In this document: positions 37,693 to 47,145 of the stretch, in pieces | Numbering within the stretch: position 1 is the first letter of the stretch | Layout: every line of letters begins with the position of its first letter | Assembly (NCBI GenBank): GCA_963814125.1 | Contig: CAWFBR010000003.1 | Coordinates: forward strand, 167,864-231,863 | Source of the DNA: an uncultured Chloroflexia bacterium | Lineage (GTDB): Bacteria > Chloroflexota > Limnocylindria > Limnocylindrales > CSP1-4 | Reading direction: 5' to 3' | DNA length: 64,000 nt | Notes under the pieces: generated by a model | Database searches by the model: none | The model's input: only the letters and a program-made list of their open reading frames with translations | What the model was told of the DNA's origin: nothing | Program-made: the position numbers and the translations under genes

Positions 37693-38814
37693 GTGCCAAC
37701 AACCGCTCCGGAAGGAATCGTGGCTGCCCTCCCCTCCGCGCAGACCAGGCAGGAACCGCTGACGGTCGGCATCGTCGGCGATCAGAAGAGCGTCCACGTC
37801 GAACGCTGGTCCTCGGCCCTGAGGGATCGCGGCCATAGAGTCGTCCCGATCGACCTCTCCGGCCAGGGTCGCTCGCCATTTGGACGCGTCGGCGCATTCG
37901 TCGAGTTGAGGCGGGCGATGGGCACGGTGGCCGGGACCCGGCTCGGGGTCGTCGCCATTCACGGGGTATCGGACGGAGTCCTCGCCACGGGAATGCGCGG
38001 GGTCCACCCGCTCGTCCTTCATGCCTGGGGCAACGACGTCACCGCGGAACCTTCCGGCTTGCGCGGCCGGATGCGGGGCCGCCAGTTGCGGGGTCTCTTT
38101 CGAGCAGCGGACGCCGCCACGGCCACCAGCCAGTTCCTCGCCGAGGTCGTGGCCCGGCGGTTCGGCGTCGCGGCGGAGGTAATCCCCTTCGGGATCGACA
38201 CCGACAGGTTCCGGCCCGCTGCCGGCGCGCGCCGCCCCGGGCCCGTTCGGATCGGCTTCGTGAAGTGGGGCCTCGGCTCCAAGTACGGGCCGGACGTCCT
38301 TGTCGAGGCGCTCGGCCTGCTCTCGCAGGGTGCCGACTACGAGGTCACGATCGCCGGGGATGGCGATCTCCGTCCGATGCTCGAAGCGCGGCTCGGAGAG
38401 CTGGGCCTCAGGGACAGGGTCCGGTTCACCGGCCGCCTGCCAAATGCCGAAGTAGCGTCCCTCCTATCGGGCCTGGACATGTTCGCCATGCCTTCCCGCC
38501 GTGAGGAATGGGGAGTCGCCGCGGCCGAAGCTTCGGCCAGCGGCCTGCCGGTGGTAGCGACGAGCGTCGGCGGCATCCCGGAGATCGTCGTCGACGGCGA
38601 GACCGGGCTCCTTGTCCCGCCGGAGGATCCGGCGGCACTGGCAAAGGCACTGGAGCGGCTGATCGGCGACCCGGGCCTGCGCTCGCGCCTGGGTAAGGCG
38701 GGCCGGCGCAGGATCGAGGAGTTCTACCGCTGGGATCGATGCGTGGATCGGATGGAGCTGGTCTATCGCCGCGCGGTCGAAGCGCGATCGCGGTCAGGCC
38801 GGACCGACCGCTAG
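37693..38814 (+). CDS. GT4 glycosyltransferase
   Basis: HAWG.DV, PFGID, EEWGVAAAEASASGLPVV, GGIPE. Confidence 0.9.
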   Translation: MPTTAPEGIVAALPSAQTRQEPLTVGIVGDQKSVHVERWSSALRDRGHRVVPIDLSGQGRSPFGRVGAFVELRRAMGTVAGTRLGVVAIHGVSDGVLATGMRGVHPLVLHAWGNDVTAEPSGLRGRMRGRQLRGLFRAADAATATSQFLAEVVARRFGVAAEVIPFGIDTDRFRPAAGARRPGPVRIGFVKWGLGSKYGPDVLVEALGLLSQGADYEVTIAGDGDLRPMLEARLGELGLRDRVRFTGRLPNAEVASLLSGLDMFAMPSRREEWGVAAAEASASGLPVVATSVGGIPEIVVDGETGLLVPPEDPAALAKALERLIGDPGLRSRLGKAGRRRIEEFYRWDRCVDRMELVYRRAVEARSRSGRTDR

Positions 38815-40448
38815 GCCACGGCGGCCGTATCGGCCCCGGCGGCGCGCAGAGTGACGATAGCCCCGAGAATCAGGCCGAAGTACAGGACGTCGGTGTTCAT
38901 GTAGCGGTAGGAGCGATATAGGTCGGTCCCGAAGAGCGTCGCGACGATCATGAACGCCACCAGCGATAGGCCGAACGCCAGGGCCAGCAGCCGGTTGAGG
39001 TCCAGCGTCGATCTCCACAGCCGCCACGCCTCTACGAGGGCCGCCACGACGACGACGGCCAGTAGGATCGCGAGAGGCAGGCCGTACTCGGCCGCCACGC
39101 CGGGGAGCATGTCGTGGGGCGATTGGAGGGCTTCCTTGGCCGTCGGGTCGTGATACGGCCCGGCGTATTCGACGCCGAAGAGGCCCGGCCCGACGCCCAG
39201 GAGGGGATGGTCGACGGTCATGGCGATTGCGGCCCTGGTGGCCAGGTAGCGCCCGGTGATCGATATCTCACCCTCGGGCGAGTTCGGATTGAACGAGTCC
39301 TGGCGGTCGTTCGCCGGCGGGGTCGTCGACGTGGTCGATTGGCCGGTGGCGACGGCGATGAGCTCGCCGTACGGCAGCACCAACGCCGAGGCCAGCACCA
39401 CGGCGACGAGAGCCAGGCCCCGTCCGCGCCGGGTCGCGGGCAGCGCGAGAGCCAGGACCACGAACACCACCAGGGCGGCGATCCAGGCGCTCTTGGAGTA
39501 TGTGAGGTAGGTCACGAGGAGAACGAGCGCGAGAACCAGGCTCGCGGTGACCCGCACTCCAACCTCGAATCTGGGACCGCGCTCCGATCGCCCGGGCGTC
39601 GGAGCCCGCCCCAGCAGGGACTTCGCCGACGCAGCGGCGCGCTCCGCGACCATGGCGACGGGAGCAGGCCGCACGATCACGATCACGATGAAGGGCACGG
39701 CCACCACCAGCATTCCGCCCAGGATGCCGACGTTGTAGTAGCTGATCCGCCCGAGTTCGGCCCGCAGCGACTGGAAGTCGCCGAACGAATGGACGAGGGT
39801 CAGCATCCGAGCCAGGCTGACGGCTCCCGCGATAGCCGCCGAGGCCGCCATCGTGACGCCCAGCGCCAGAAGCCGCCGAGATGTCGGCCGCATTGCGATC
39901 AGGAGCAGGCCCGCGGCCACGGGTTCGACGATGCCGTGCATGGTTATCGGGATGCCGGTCGACAGATCGGGCGAGACCGCGGTGGATACGATCGCCAGCA
40001 GAACGATGGCGCCGCCGACCGCGAACGGCACGGCTGCCGGCCCGGGTCCGGGCGGAACCGAGCCTTCGACGGCCTGCCGACTACGGAGGCTCAGCGCGAA
40101 GCCGCAGATCAGGGTGACCAGGATCACCGTCGAGGGCGTCACCTGGATCCAACCCACGAACGGACCGAGCCGGGCGGCCGTGAAGAAGGGCATTGCCACT
40201 ATCCAGGCCAGCAGAGCCGGCCAGGGCCGGAAGGCCGCGAGGGCGGCGACGAGCACGCCAAGTACCATCACGCCGAGCGCGGCGACGACCGGCACGTGCA
40301 GGCCGCTGCGCTGGTAGTCGCGCGGCAGACAGACCGCCGCAGCCGCCACCGCCGCGATCACCGCCAGAGCGACGACCGACCGATCCGGCCTCTCGGCCAG
40401 CAGCCAGTCACGGACACCGGCATAGGCTCGGCGGAGCGGGTCGGTCAT
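38811..40448 (-). CDS. O-antigen ligase/polymerase (Wzy_C) family membrane protein
   Basis: Many TM segments, TYSKSAW, HPLLGVGPG, PHD, EYGL. Confidence 0.82.
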   Translation of the reverse strand: MTDPLRRAYAGVRDWLLAERPDRSVVALAVIAAVAAAAVCLPRDYQRSGLHVPVVAALGVMVLGVLVAALAAFRPWPALLAWIVAMPFFTAARLGPFVGWIQVTPSTVILVTLICGFALSLRSRQAVEGSVPPGPGPAAVPFAVGGAIVLLAIVSTAVSPDLSTGIPITMHGIVEPVAAGLLLIAMRPTSRRLLALGVTMAASAAIAGAVSLARMLTLVHSFGDFQSLRAELGRISYYNVGILGGMLVVAVPFIVIVIVRPAPVAMVAERAAASAKSLLGRAPTPGRSERGPRFEVGVRVTASLVLALVLLVTYLTYSKSAWIAALVVFVVLALALPATRRGRGLALVAVVLASALVLPYGELIAVATGQSTTSTTPPANDRQDSFNPNSPEGEISITGRYLATRAAIAMTVDHPLLGVGPGLFGVEYAGPYHDPTAKEALQSPHDMLPGVAAEYGLPLAILLAVVVVAALVEAWRLWRSTLDLNRLLALAFGLSLVAFMIVATLFGTDLYRSYRYMNTDVLYFGLILGAIVTLRAAGADTAAVA

Positions 40449-40646
40449 CGGTCGATGGTAACCGACGCCACTCCGAGGCCGCATTCACGGCGCCGCGCAC
40501 GACCGCGCTCCCTCCGCGTGCCGAATCCACTTGTATAGTTGGGCCGCTTCCGGCCACGCCGGCCGACTCCATCGAGCAACCGACGAGGAGCGCATGCCAG
40601 CCTCGACTTCCCCGGCCTCGAAGATGCACGGCCGAGGCTGCGTCCG

Positions 40647-41726
40647 ATGACTACCGACCCGGCGGATCGGCTCACGATCGTGATGGTCGGCGACCGGCGC
40701 AGCGTCCACATTCGGCGCTGGTCCGATGCCCTCGCCGCGCGAGGGATCCGCACCGTGGGCGTCGATCTGGCACGACGGGGCAGGCCGGCACCGATCGTCG
40801 CGGCCGAGCTGGCACGAGCCCGGTGGCGTCTCGGCCGCTTGTCGCGCCGGCCCGGGACAGTCGTGGCGGTCCACTACCTGCACGGCGGGCTCGCCGCGAC
40901 GGCCATGCGGGGCATCCACCCCGTGGTGCTCCACGCATGGGGCACCGACGTGACCGCCGTTCGAGGGGGACGGCTCGGGCGGTTCGGTACCGGGCAGCTG
41001 GGCGCCCTGCTCCGGCGCGCCGACGCCGTGACGGCCACGAGTGAATTCCTGGCTTCGACGACGCTTCGCCGCTTTGGAGTGGCGGCGACCGTGGTCCCGT
41101 TCGGCATCGACACGGCGCTCTTCGCCCCGACCGGTGACCGCGCGGAGCGACCGTCCCGCGCCGGCAAACGGCCCCTCAGCATCGGGTTCGTGAAGTGGCT
41201 CGAACCCAAGTACGGAGTCCAGGATCTCGTCGAGGCGCTGGGGTTGCTGGCCGATCTCCCGTTCGAGGCGACTCTGGTCGGAGACGGATCTCTCCGCGCG
41301 TCGCTGGAGGCCAGGGTCGTGGAGCTGGGCCTGGCAGAGCGCGTGCACTTCCTCGGACGGCGGCCCCACACGGAGATACCGGATCTCCTGCGCGGCTTCG
41401 ATCTCCTGGTGATGCCCTCTCGCGAGGAAGCATGGGGCGTTGCCGCGGCCGAGGCGAGCGCCACGGCCATACCGGTCGTGGCGACACGGGTGGGTGGAAT
41501 CCCGGAGATCGTGGTCGATGGTGAGACGGGCCTGCTGGTCCCTCCGCAGGACCCGGCCGCGCTCGCCGCGGCGATCAGGCGCATGGCCGGAGATCGCGCT
41601 CTTCGCCGAAAACTCGGCCGGGCCGGCCGCAAGAGAGTGGAGTCGCTCTTCGCCTGGCCGCGGTGCGTCGATCTCATGGTGGACGTCTACCGCGACGTCG
41701 TCGCCGGCCGCTCCCGTCCGCGCTGA
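40647..41726 (+). CDS. GT4 glycosyltransferase, close paralog of 37693-38814
   Basis: Shares VGD..SVH..RWS.AL, MRG.HP.VLHAWG.DVTA, IGFVKW and WGVAAAEASA with 37693-38814. Confidence 0.9.
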   Translation: MTTDPADRLTIVMVGDRRSVHIRRWSDALAARGIRTVGVDLARRGRPAPIVAAELARARWRLGRLSRRPGTVVAVHYLHGGLAATAMRGIHPVVLHAWGTDVTAVRGGRLGRFGTGQLGALLRRADAVTATSEFLASTTLRRFGVAATVVPFGIDTALFAPTGDRAERPSRAGKRPLSIGFVKWLEPKYGVQDLVEALGLLADLPFEATLVGDGSLRASLEARVVELGLAERVHFLGRRPHTEIPDLLRGFDLLVMPSREEAWGVAAAEASATAIPVVATRVGGIPEIVVDGETGLLVPPQDPAALAAAIRRMAGDRALRRKLGRAGRKRVESLFAWPRCVDLMVDVYRDVVAGRSRPR

Positions 41727-41736
41727 CGGCCCGGGC

Positions 41737-43191
41737 CTAGCCTCCCGGACGCGACCGTCGCGCCGAAGCGCGGGCCCAGGTGACGCCGCTTGCCAGTCCC
41801 CGCCTCAGTCGTCCAAACTCCGCCGCCCCCGGCAGCAGGAACGCGAGCGGGGAAACCTTTGCCATTCGACAAGCCATCACCAGCAGGATGGCGGCGTGGC
41901 AGGTGTAGGAGAGCAGCGAACTCGCCGACGCTCCGATGATCCCCCAGCGAGGGATGAGGATCAGGTTGGCGACGATGTTGAGCGTCAGCGCGACGATCGC
42001 GGCCACGGCCGTGGGCAACGGTCTGCCCACGCCGGATGTGTACGAGGCCAGGATCTTGGAGAGGCTCAGCGAGACGATGCCGGGCATGATCACGACGAGG
42101 GCCGGGAAGGCGGGCTTGTAGTTGGGCAGGATCAGCCAGATCGCCACGAACGCGGCCGGGACTATGGCCACGGCGGCAAGCACGGTGGCGAGCATGGTGA
42201 ACCGTGAGACCGCCGGCGCGAACCGATCCGCCTCATGCCTCTCCGACGCCGAGATGGCCGGATAGAGCATCGCGGCTATCGAGTCGGGCACGTAGAACAC
42301 CATCTCGGCCAGCCGGACCGCGATGTAGTAGAAGCCGATGAGCTGCAGGACGTCCGCCCGGTAGCCGAGCATCCAACTCAGGAGCAGGACGTCGACCCTG
42401 TAGTTGAAGAAGCTCATGACGTTCTGCGGATACAGCCGGATCCCGTAGCTCATGAACTCGGAGGTCGCGGCGGCCGGGCCGGCAGATCCCTCCGGGCGCC
42501 GAGCGAGGCGGGCAACCTCATAGACGGCGGCTGCGGCACCGGCAATGCTGGCGATCAGGAAGGCCGCGACCGCACCGGGGACTCGCAGTGGGATCACGCC
42601 CACGAGCAGGAGCGTGAGGGCCAGCATCAACGCCGCCTGCCCGACCTGGATGAGGTTGAAGACCCGGTTAAGGCCGCGGGTGTAGAGAATGCCGGCCGAG
42701 AACTGCATCAGAAGCAGGCAGGGCAGCGCGATCAGCACGACGCGAAGGAGGTCTTCCGACGCCTTCGCCTGGCTGAATGCCCGCAGCACGGAGTCCTCGA
42801 GGGCAGGCAGGGCGACGATCGCGGCTGCCCCGAGGACCGCAGAGATCGCGACGGTGAGACCGACCGCTATGCGCCCCAGGGAGACGACCGACTTGCCCCT
42901 GCCCGCCATGTAGGTCATGGCGGCGGGCATCCCGAGCTGCCCTATGGCAAAGAGCAGTCCCACCCAGGTCTGGAGCAAGCCGTACTCGCCGTTGCCCTCG
43001 GAGTCGAGCAGCCGGGCGATCAGGAAGAGTGTTGTGGCCCCAAGGACGAACTGGGCGATCTTCGTGGCGAAGACCTGGGCCACACGCCCGGCGAAGAGCG
43101 ACCTGTCGTTCGCCCAGCCCGCACGCTCCACCGGCGCGGGCCCGCCGGGCGCGCTCGTTTCCGGCAGGGCAGGTTCGTCGGGTGACGGCAT
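41737..43191 (-). CDS. Wzx-type flippase / polysaccharide export protein
   Basis: About 12-14 TM segments, ARLL...G.YG, RVDVLLL, G.Y..A..LAE, LILIPRWGIIGA. Confidence 0.87.
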   Translation of the reverse strand: MPSPDEPALPETSAPGGPAPVERAGWANDRSLFAGRVAQVFATKIAQFVLGATTLFLIARLLDSEGNGEYGLLQTWVGLLFAIGQLGMPAAMTYMAGRGKSVVSLGRIAVGLTVAISAVLGAAAIVALPALEDSVLRAFSQAKASEDLLRVVLIALPCLLLMQFSAGILYTRGLNRVFNLIQVGQAALMLALTLLLVGVIPLRVPGAVAAFLIASIAGAAAAVYEVARLARRPEGSAGPAAATSEFMSYGIRLYPQNVMSFFNYRVDVLLLSWMLGYRADVLQLIGFYYIAVRLAEMVFYVPDSIAAMLYPAISASERHEADRFAPAVSRFTMLATVLAAVAIVPAAFVAIWLILPNYKPAFPALVVIMPGIVSLSLSKILASYTSGVGRPLPTAVAAIVALTLNIVANLILIPRWGIIGASASSLLSYTCHAAILLVMACRMAKVSPLAFLLPGAAEFGRLRRGLASGVTWARASARRSRPGG

Positions 43192-43343
43192 TGGCCGAAT
43201 ATACAGGTTCCGGAGAGAGCCCCGGCCTGCCCGATCGGCGGCGACGTCGCCCCGCTCGTGGAGCGGGCCAGACTCCGACCGAGTAGCATCGGCGTCGATG
43301 AGAGGCCACGAGCAAGCGCCGCCGACCGCACAGGGCCCGATTC

Positions 43344-43988
43344 ATGCCTGATCCGATCCAACGCGTTACGGGCCTCGTTCTCGCCGTCTTGACCGGACCG
43401 CTGCTCGTCGCACTGGGCCTGGCCGTCCGCATCGAGACTCCCGGCCCCGCCATCTTCCGCGCCTCGCGGATGGGTCGTGGTGGACGACCGTTCGAATGCC
43501 TCAAGCTGCGGACGATGAGGGCGGCTCGCGATGAAGCGGGCCCCGGTGTGACCACTCGCCGCGACGCTCGAGTCACCCGCGTCGGCGGCCTGCTCAGGCG
43601 CTTCCGGCTGGACGAACTGCCCCAACTCTGGAACGTGGCCGGGGGCCAGATGCGGTTTGTCGGACCGCGGCCCGAGGACCCGCGCTACGTCGACTTCGAC
43701 CTGCCGCTGCACTGCGAGGTCTTCACCGAACCTCCGGGGATTGCCGGCCTTACGCAGCTCGTCTACGCCGACGAGGCCCGCCTCCTCGACGAAACGGCGG
43801 ATCCCGACGGCTACTACCGCGAGCGGATCCTTCCGCGCAAAGTGGCCATAGACGCCGCCTACCTGCGAAACCGCTCGTTCAAGCTCGACCTGTGGATCCT
43901 GGCCCAGACGCCGCGGGCTCTCCTGGGCCGAACGATCCGCCTGCCGGCGAAGCTCCAGGACGCGATCGACGAGCCGGCCGATGCGTGA
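43344..43988 (+). CDS. Monotopic phosphoglycosyl transferase (PglC/WcfS-like)
   Basis: KLRTM, D.RVTRVG..LR...LDELPQLWNV, VGPRPE. Confidence 0.88.
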   Translation: MPDPIQRVTGLVLAVLTGPLLVALGLAVRIETPGPAIFRASRMGRGGRPFECLKLRTMRAARDEAGPGVTTRRDARVTRVGGLLRRFRLDELPQLWNVAGGQMRFVGPRPEDPRYVDFDLPLHCEVFTEPPGIAGLTQLVYADEARLLDETADPDGYYRERILPRKVAIDAAYLRNRSFKLDLWILAQTPRALLGRTIRLPAKLQDAIDEPADA

Positions 43989-45894
43989 TTTCGTCCTGCG
44001 CGGACGCCACCTCTTCCTATACGACGTGGCCGTTACGACCGTCGCGATCGTCCTGGCCTTCCTGCTCCAATTCGACCTTTCCAGCTTCCAAGAGAACCTG
44101 TCGATGGCAATGCCGGCGGCCCTCCTTCCGCTCGTGGTCATGCCGGTCGTCTTCGTCATCTTCGGCCTGTATCGCCGCGAATGGCGCTATGCGTCCGTCC
44201 AGGAGATGTACCTCATCGTCTTTGCCGTCCTGGTCGGGACTGCCATCTCGGTCGTCGCTTTCCTGGGCCTGGTAGTCGTCGACTTCCCCGGCACGATGGG
44301 CTATCCACGATCCGTCTTCGCCCTGGAGGCGCTCCTCGAGATCGCGTTCGTCGGCGGCGGGCGCTTCGCGGTCCGGGCCAATCTCGAACGACGTGGCCTC
44401 TCCGGTGGAACGGACGAGGAACTGGGCCTGGTGCCGACGATCGTGTACGGCGCCGGCGAGACGGGCGCGACGGTGGCCCGCGTGGCCACTCGCGACCCCG
44501 CGGCCCATCTCAACGTCGTCGGCTTCATCGACGACGATCCGATCAAGCAGGGTTCTCGCCTGCTCGGCAAGCGCGTCTTCGGCGGGTTGGACACCCTCCC
44601 GAAGGCGGTCCACTCGACTCACGCCCGACAGCTGCTGGTCGCCATGCCGACCGCCTCCGGACAGGCGATCAGGCGCGCCTTCGAAAGCGGGCAGGAGCTC
44701 GGCCTGGAGGTCAGGACAGTCCCTCACCCTCGCGAGCTGCTCGGCGGTGAGACGCTCACGCACCGTATCCGACGCGTCAGCGTGGAAGACCTGCTGAGGC
44801 GGGAGCCCGTCGCCATCGACACGGACGCCGTGGCCGGCTTCCTCAACGGCATGAGCGTCCTCGTCACCGGCGGCGGCGGCTCTATAGGCAGCGAGCTGGT
44901 CCGCCAGATCCTCGCCGTTGGCCCGCGCCTGATTACGGTGGTCGACAACCACGAAGAAGCCCTGTGGTCGATCGAGCGCGAGCTGGCCGAGCGCGTCGCG
45001 GGCAGGCCGGGGGTGTCGTTCGAGCTGGTCCTGGCGGATGTCCGCTCGCCGGAGACGGTCGACGCGATCATCGCCCGGGCCCAGCCGGAGGTCGTCTTCC
45101 ACGCCGCGGCACTCAAGCACGTCCCGATCGTCGAACTCTCGCCGGCCGAGGGCGTGATGACGAACGTCATCGGTTCGCACAATGTCATCGACGCCTGCGA
45201 GAGGATGGGTGTGAAGCGCTTCGTACTCATCTCCACGGACAAGGCGGTGGAACCGATCAGCGTGATGGGCGCAACCAAGCGCCTGGCCGAGCTTCTGACC
45301 GTTGCCAGCGCACGGCGGTCCGGCAGGCCGTACGTGGCCGTGAGGTTCGGCAACGTTCTGGGTTCGAGCGGCAGCGTCATCCCGACCTTCCAGCGCCAGC
45401 TGGAAGAGGGCCGACCGCTAACGGTCACCGACGCGGAGGCCACGCGGTTCTTCATGACCATCCCCGAGGCCGTCAGCCTGATCCTGCAGGCGGGAGCGAC
45501 GGCCGAGATCGGAGACGTCTACGTTCTCGACATGGGCGAGCCCGTGAAGATCCTCGACCTGGCGCGGGATCTGATCCGGCTGTCCGGGCTGGATCCCAAG
45601 CGCGTGCCTATCGTGTTCACGGGCCTCCGCCCCGGCGAGCGGCAGCATGAGGCTCTCTTCTACGCCCACGAAACGACCGAACAGACCGGCCACGCGTCGA
45701 TCATGCGCGTGCGGGCCGACGCCGTCGGACCGATCGGCCGGCCTCTCGAGTCGCTCCTGGCGGACCTCGAGCCGGCCGCCGGCCGTCACGACGATGCCCA
45801 GGTCCGCGACCTCCTGGGCAAGGTGGCCGCCCTCACCAGGCCCCGCCGGGAGCACGCTGTCGCACGCGAAGCGAGCCCGAGGGCCGACGCGTGA
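43981..45894 (+). CDS. UDP-GlcNAc 4,6-dehydratase (PglF/CapD-like)
   Basis: Four TM segments, CoA-binding-like domain, TGGGGSIGSE, HAAALKHVP, STDKA, MGATK, RFGNV. Confidence 0.92.
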   Translation: MRDFVLRGRHLFLYDVAVTTVAIVLAFLLQFDLSSFQENLSMAMPAALLPLVVMPVVFVIFGLYRREWRYASVQEMYLIVFAVLVGTAISVVAFLGLVVVDFPGTMGYPRSVFALEALLEIAFVGGGRFAVRANLERRGLSGGTDEELGLVPTIVYGAGETGATVARVATRDPAAHLNVVGFIDDDPIKQGSRLLGKRVFGGLDTLPKAVHSTHARQLLVAMPTASGQAIRRAFESGQELGLEVRTVPHPRELLGGETLTHRIRRVSVEDLLRREPVAIDTDAVAGFLNGMSVLVTGGGGSIGSELVRQILAVGPRLITVVDNHEEALWSIERELAERVAGRPGVSFELVLADVRSPETVDAIIARAQPEVVFHAAALKHVPIVELSPAEGVMTNVIGSHNVIDACERMGVKRFVLISTDKAVEPISVMGATKRLAELLTVASARRSGRPYVAVRFGNVLGSSGSVIPTFQRQLEEGRPLTVTDAEATRFFMTIPEAVSLILQAGATAEIGDVYVLDMGEPVKILDLARDLIRLSGLDPKRVPIVFTGLRPGERQHEALFYAHETTEQTGHASIMRVRADAVGPIGRPLESLLADLEPAAGRHDDAQVRDLLGKVAALTRPRREHAVAREASPRADA

Positions 45895-47102
45895 CCAGCC
45901 GGAACGAACCCGCGGTCCCGCGGCCCGGGCAGGGTCCAACGGCGCGCAAGATCCCGTTTCACCGCCCTTCGATCGGGACCGCCGAGCGCGACGCCGTCAT
46001 GGAGGTCCTCGATTCACGCTGGCTCACCACGGGCGGTAAGTCCCTGGCGTTCGAGGAGGCCGTGCGGGCTCGCGTCGGGTCCGCGTATGCGGTCGCGGTC
46101 AACTCGGCCACCGCCGCTCTCCATCTGATCCTGGAGGCGATGGGAATCCACTCCGGCGACGAGGTCATCGTCCCCACCTACACCTTCGCCGCGTGCGGAG
46201 AAGTGTGCCGCTACATGGACGCGCGCCCTCGCCTGGCGGACGTGGATCCGGCCACTTTCAACCTGACTGTGGATACGATCGAACCGCAGCTCCGGCCCGA
46301 AACGAAGGCCATCATGGTCGTCCATTTCGGGGGCCGACTGGCGCAGATGGAGCCGATCCTGGAGCTCGCCCGTAGCCGCGGCCTGGCGGTCATCGAGGAC
46401 GCGGCCCACGCGCTGCCGTGCAGCCGGTCCGGCCGCGCCGCGGGGACGTGGGGCACGGCCGGAGCCCTCAGCTTCTACGCCACCAAGACGGTCACCACCG
46501 GCGAGGGCGGGATGCTGCTGACCGACTCGGCGGAGATCGCCGACCGGGCTCGGATGATGCGCCTGCACGGCCTGAGCCGCGACGCGTGGAAGCGCTACTC
46601 GGGCGGCGGCAGCTGGTACTACGAGATCGAGGACGCGGGCTTCAAGTACAACCTGACGGACGTCGCCGCGGCCATCGGGCTGGTCCAGCTGGACCGGGCC
46701 GAAGCGATGCGCGGGGAGCGAGAGCGAGTCGCCCGCCGGTACGGGCAAGCGATCGAGGCGGCCGGGATCGGCGACCTCGTGGAGCTGCCGGCCGTGCCCG
46801 GGCCGGACGAGGTGCATGCCTGGCATCTGTTTCCGTTGCGGTTGAATCTGGATCGCGTGCCGGTGACCCGCGCGGAGACGATCGAGAGGCTGGCCGAGGC
46901 TGGGATCGGCACCAGCGTCCACTTCATCCCGCTTCACCTGCACCCCTACTACCGCCGGACCTACGGCTACGCGCCGACGGATCTGCCGGTGGCCGTGCGA
47001 GAGTACGAGCGGGAGATCTCGATGCCGGTCTACCCGGACCTCACGGACGGTGACGTCGACTACGTCGTGGAACGGCTGGCCGCGATCCTGCGGCCTCGCT
47101 AG
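45891..47102 (+). CDS. DegT/DnrJ sugar aminotransferase
   Basis: NSATAALH, EDAAH, SFYATK, TGEGG, GFKYN. Confidence 0.92.
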   Translation: MTSRNEPAVPRPGQGPTARKIPFHRPSIGTAERDAVMEVLDSRWLTTGGKSLAFEEAVRARVGSAYAVAVNSATAALHLILEAMGIHSGDEVIVPTYTFAACGEVCRYMDARPRLADVDPATFNLTVDTIEPQLRPETKAIMVVHFGGRLAQMEPILELARSRGLAVIEDAAHALPCSRSGRAAGTWGTAGALSFYATKTVTTGEGGMLLTDSAEIADRARMMRLHGLSRDAWKRYSGGGSWYYEIEDAGFKYNLTDVAAAIGLVQLDRAEAMRGERERVARRYGQAIEAAGIGDLVELPAVPGPDEVHAWHLFPLRLNLDRVPVTRAETIERLAEAGIGTSVHFIPLHLHPYYRRTYGYAPTDLPVAVREYEREISMPVYPDLTDGDVDYVVERLAAILRPR

Positions 47103-47145
47103 GGCAGACGCTGGGCAATTCGACTGCTCGCCGCCGCGGGCGCCG

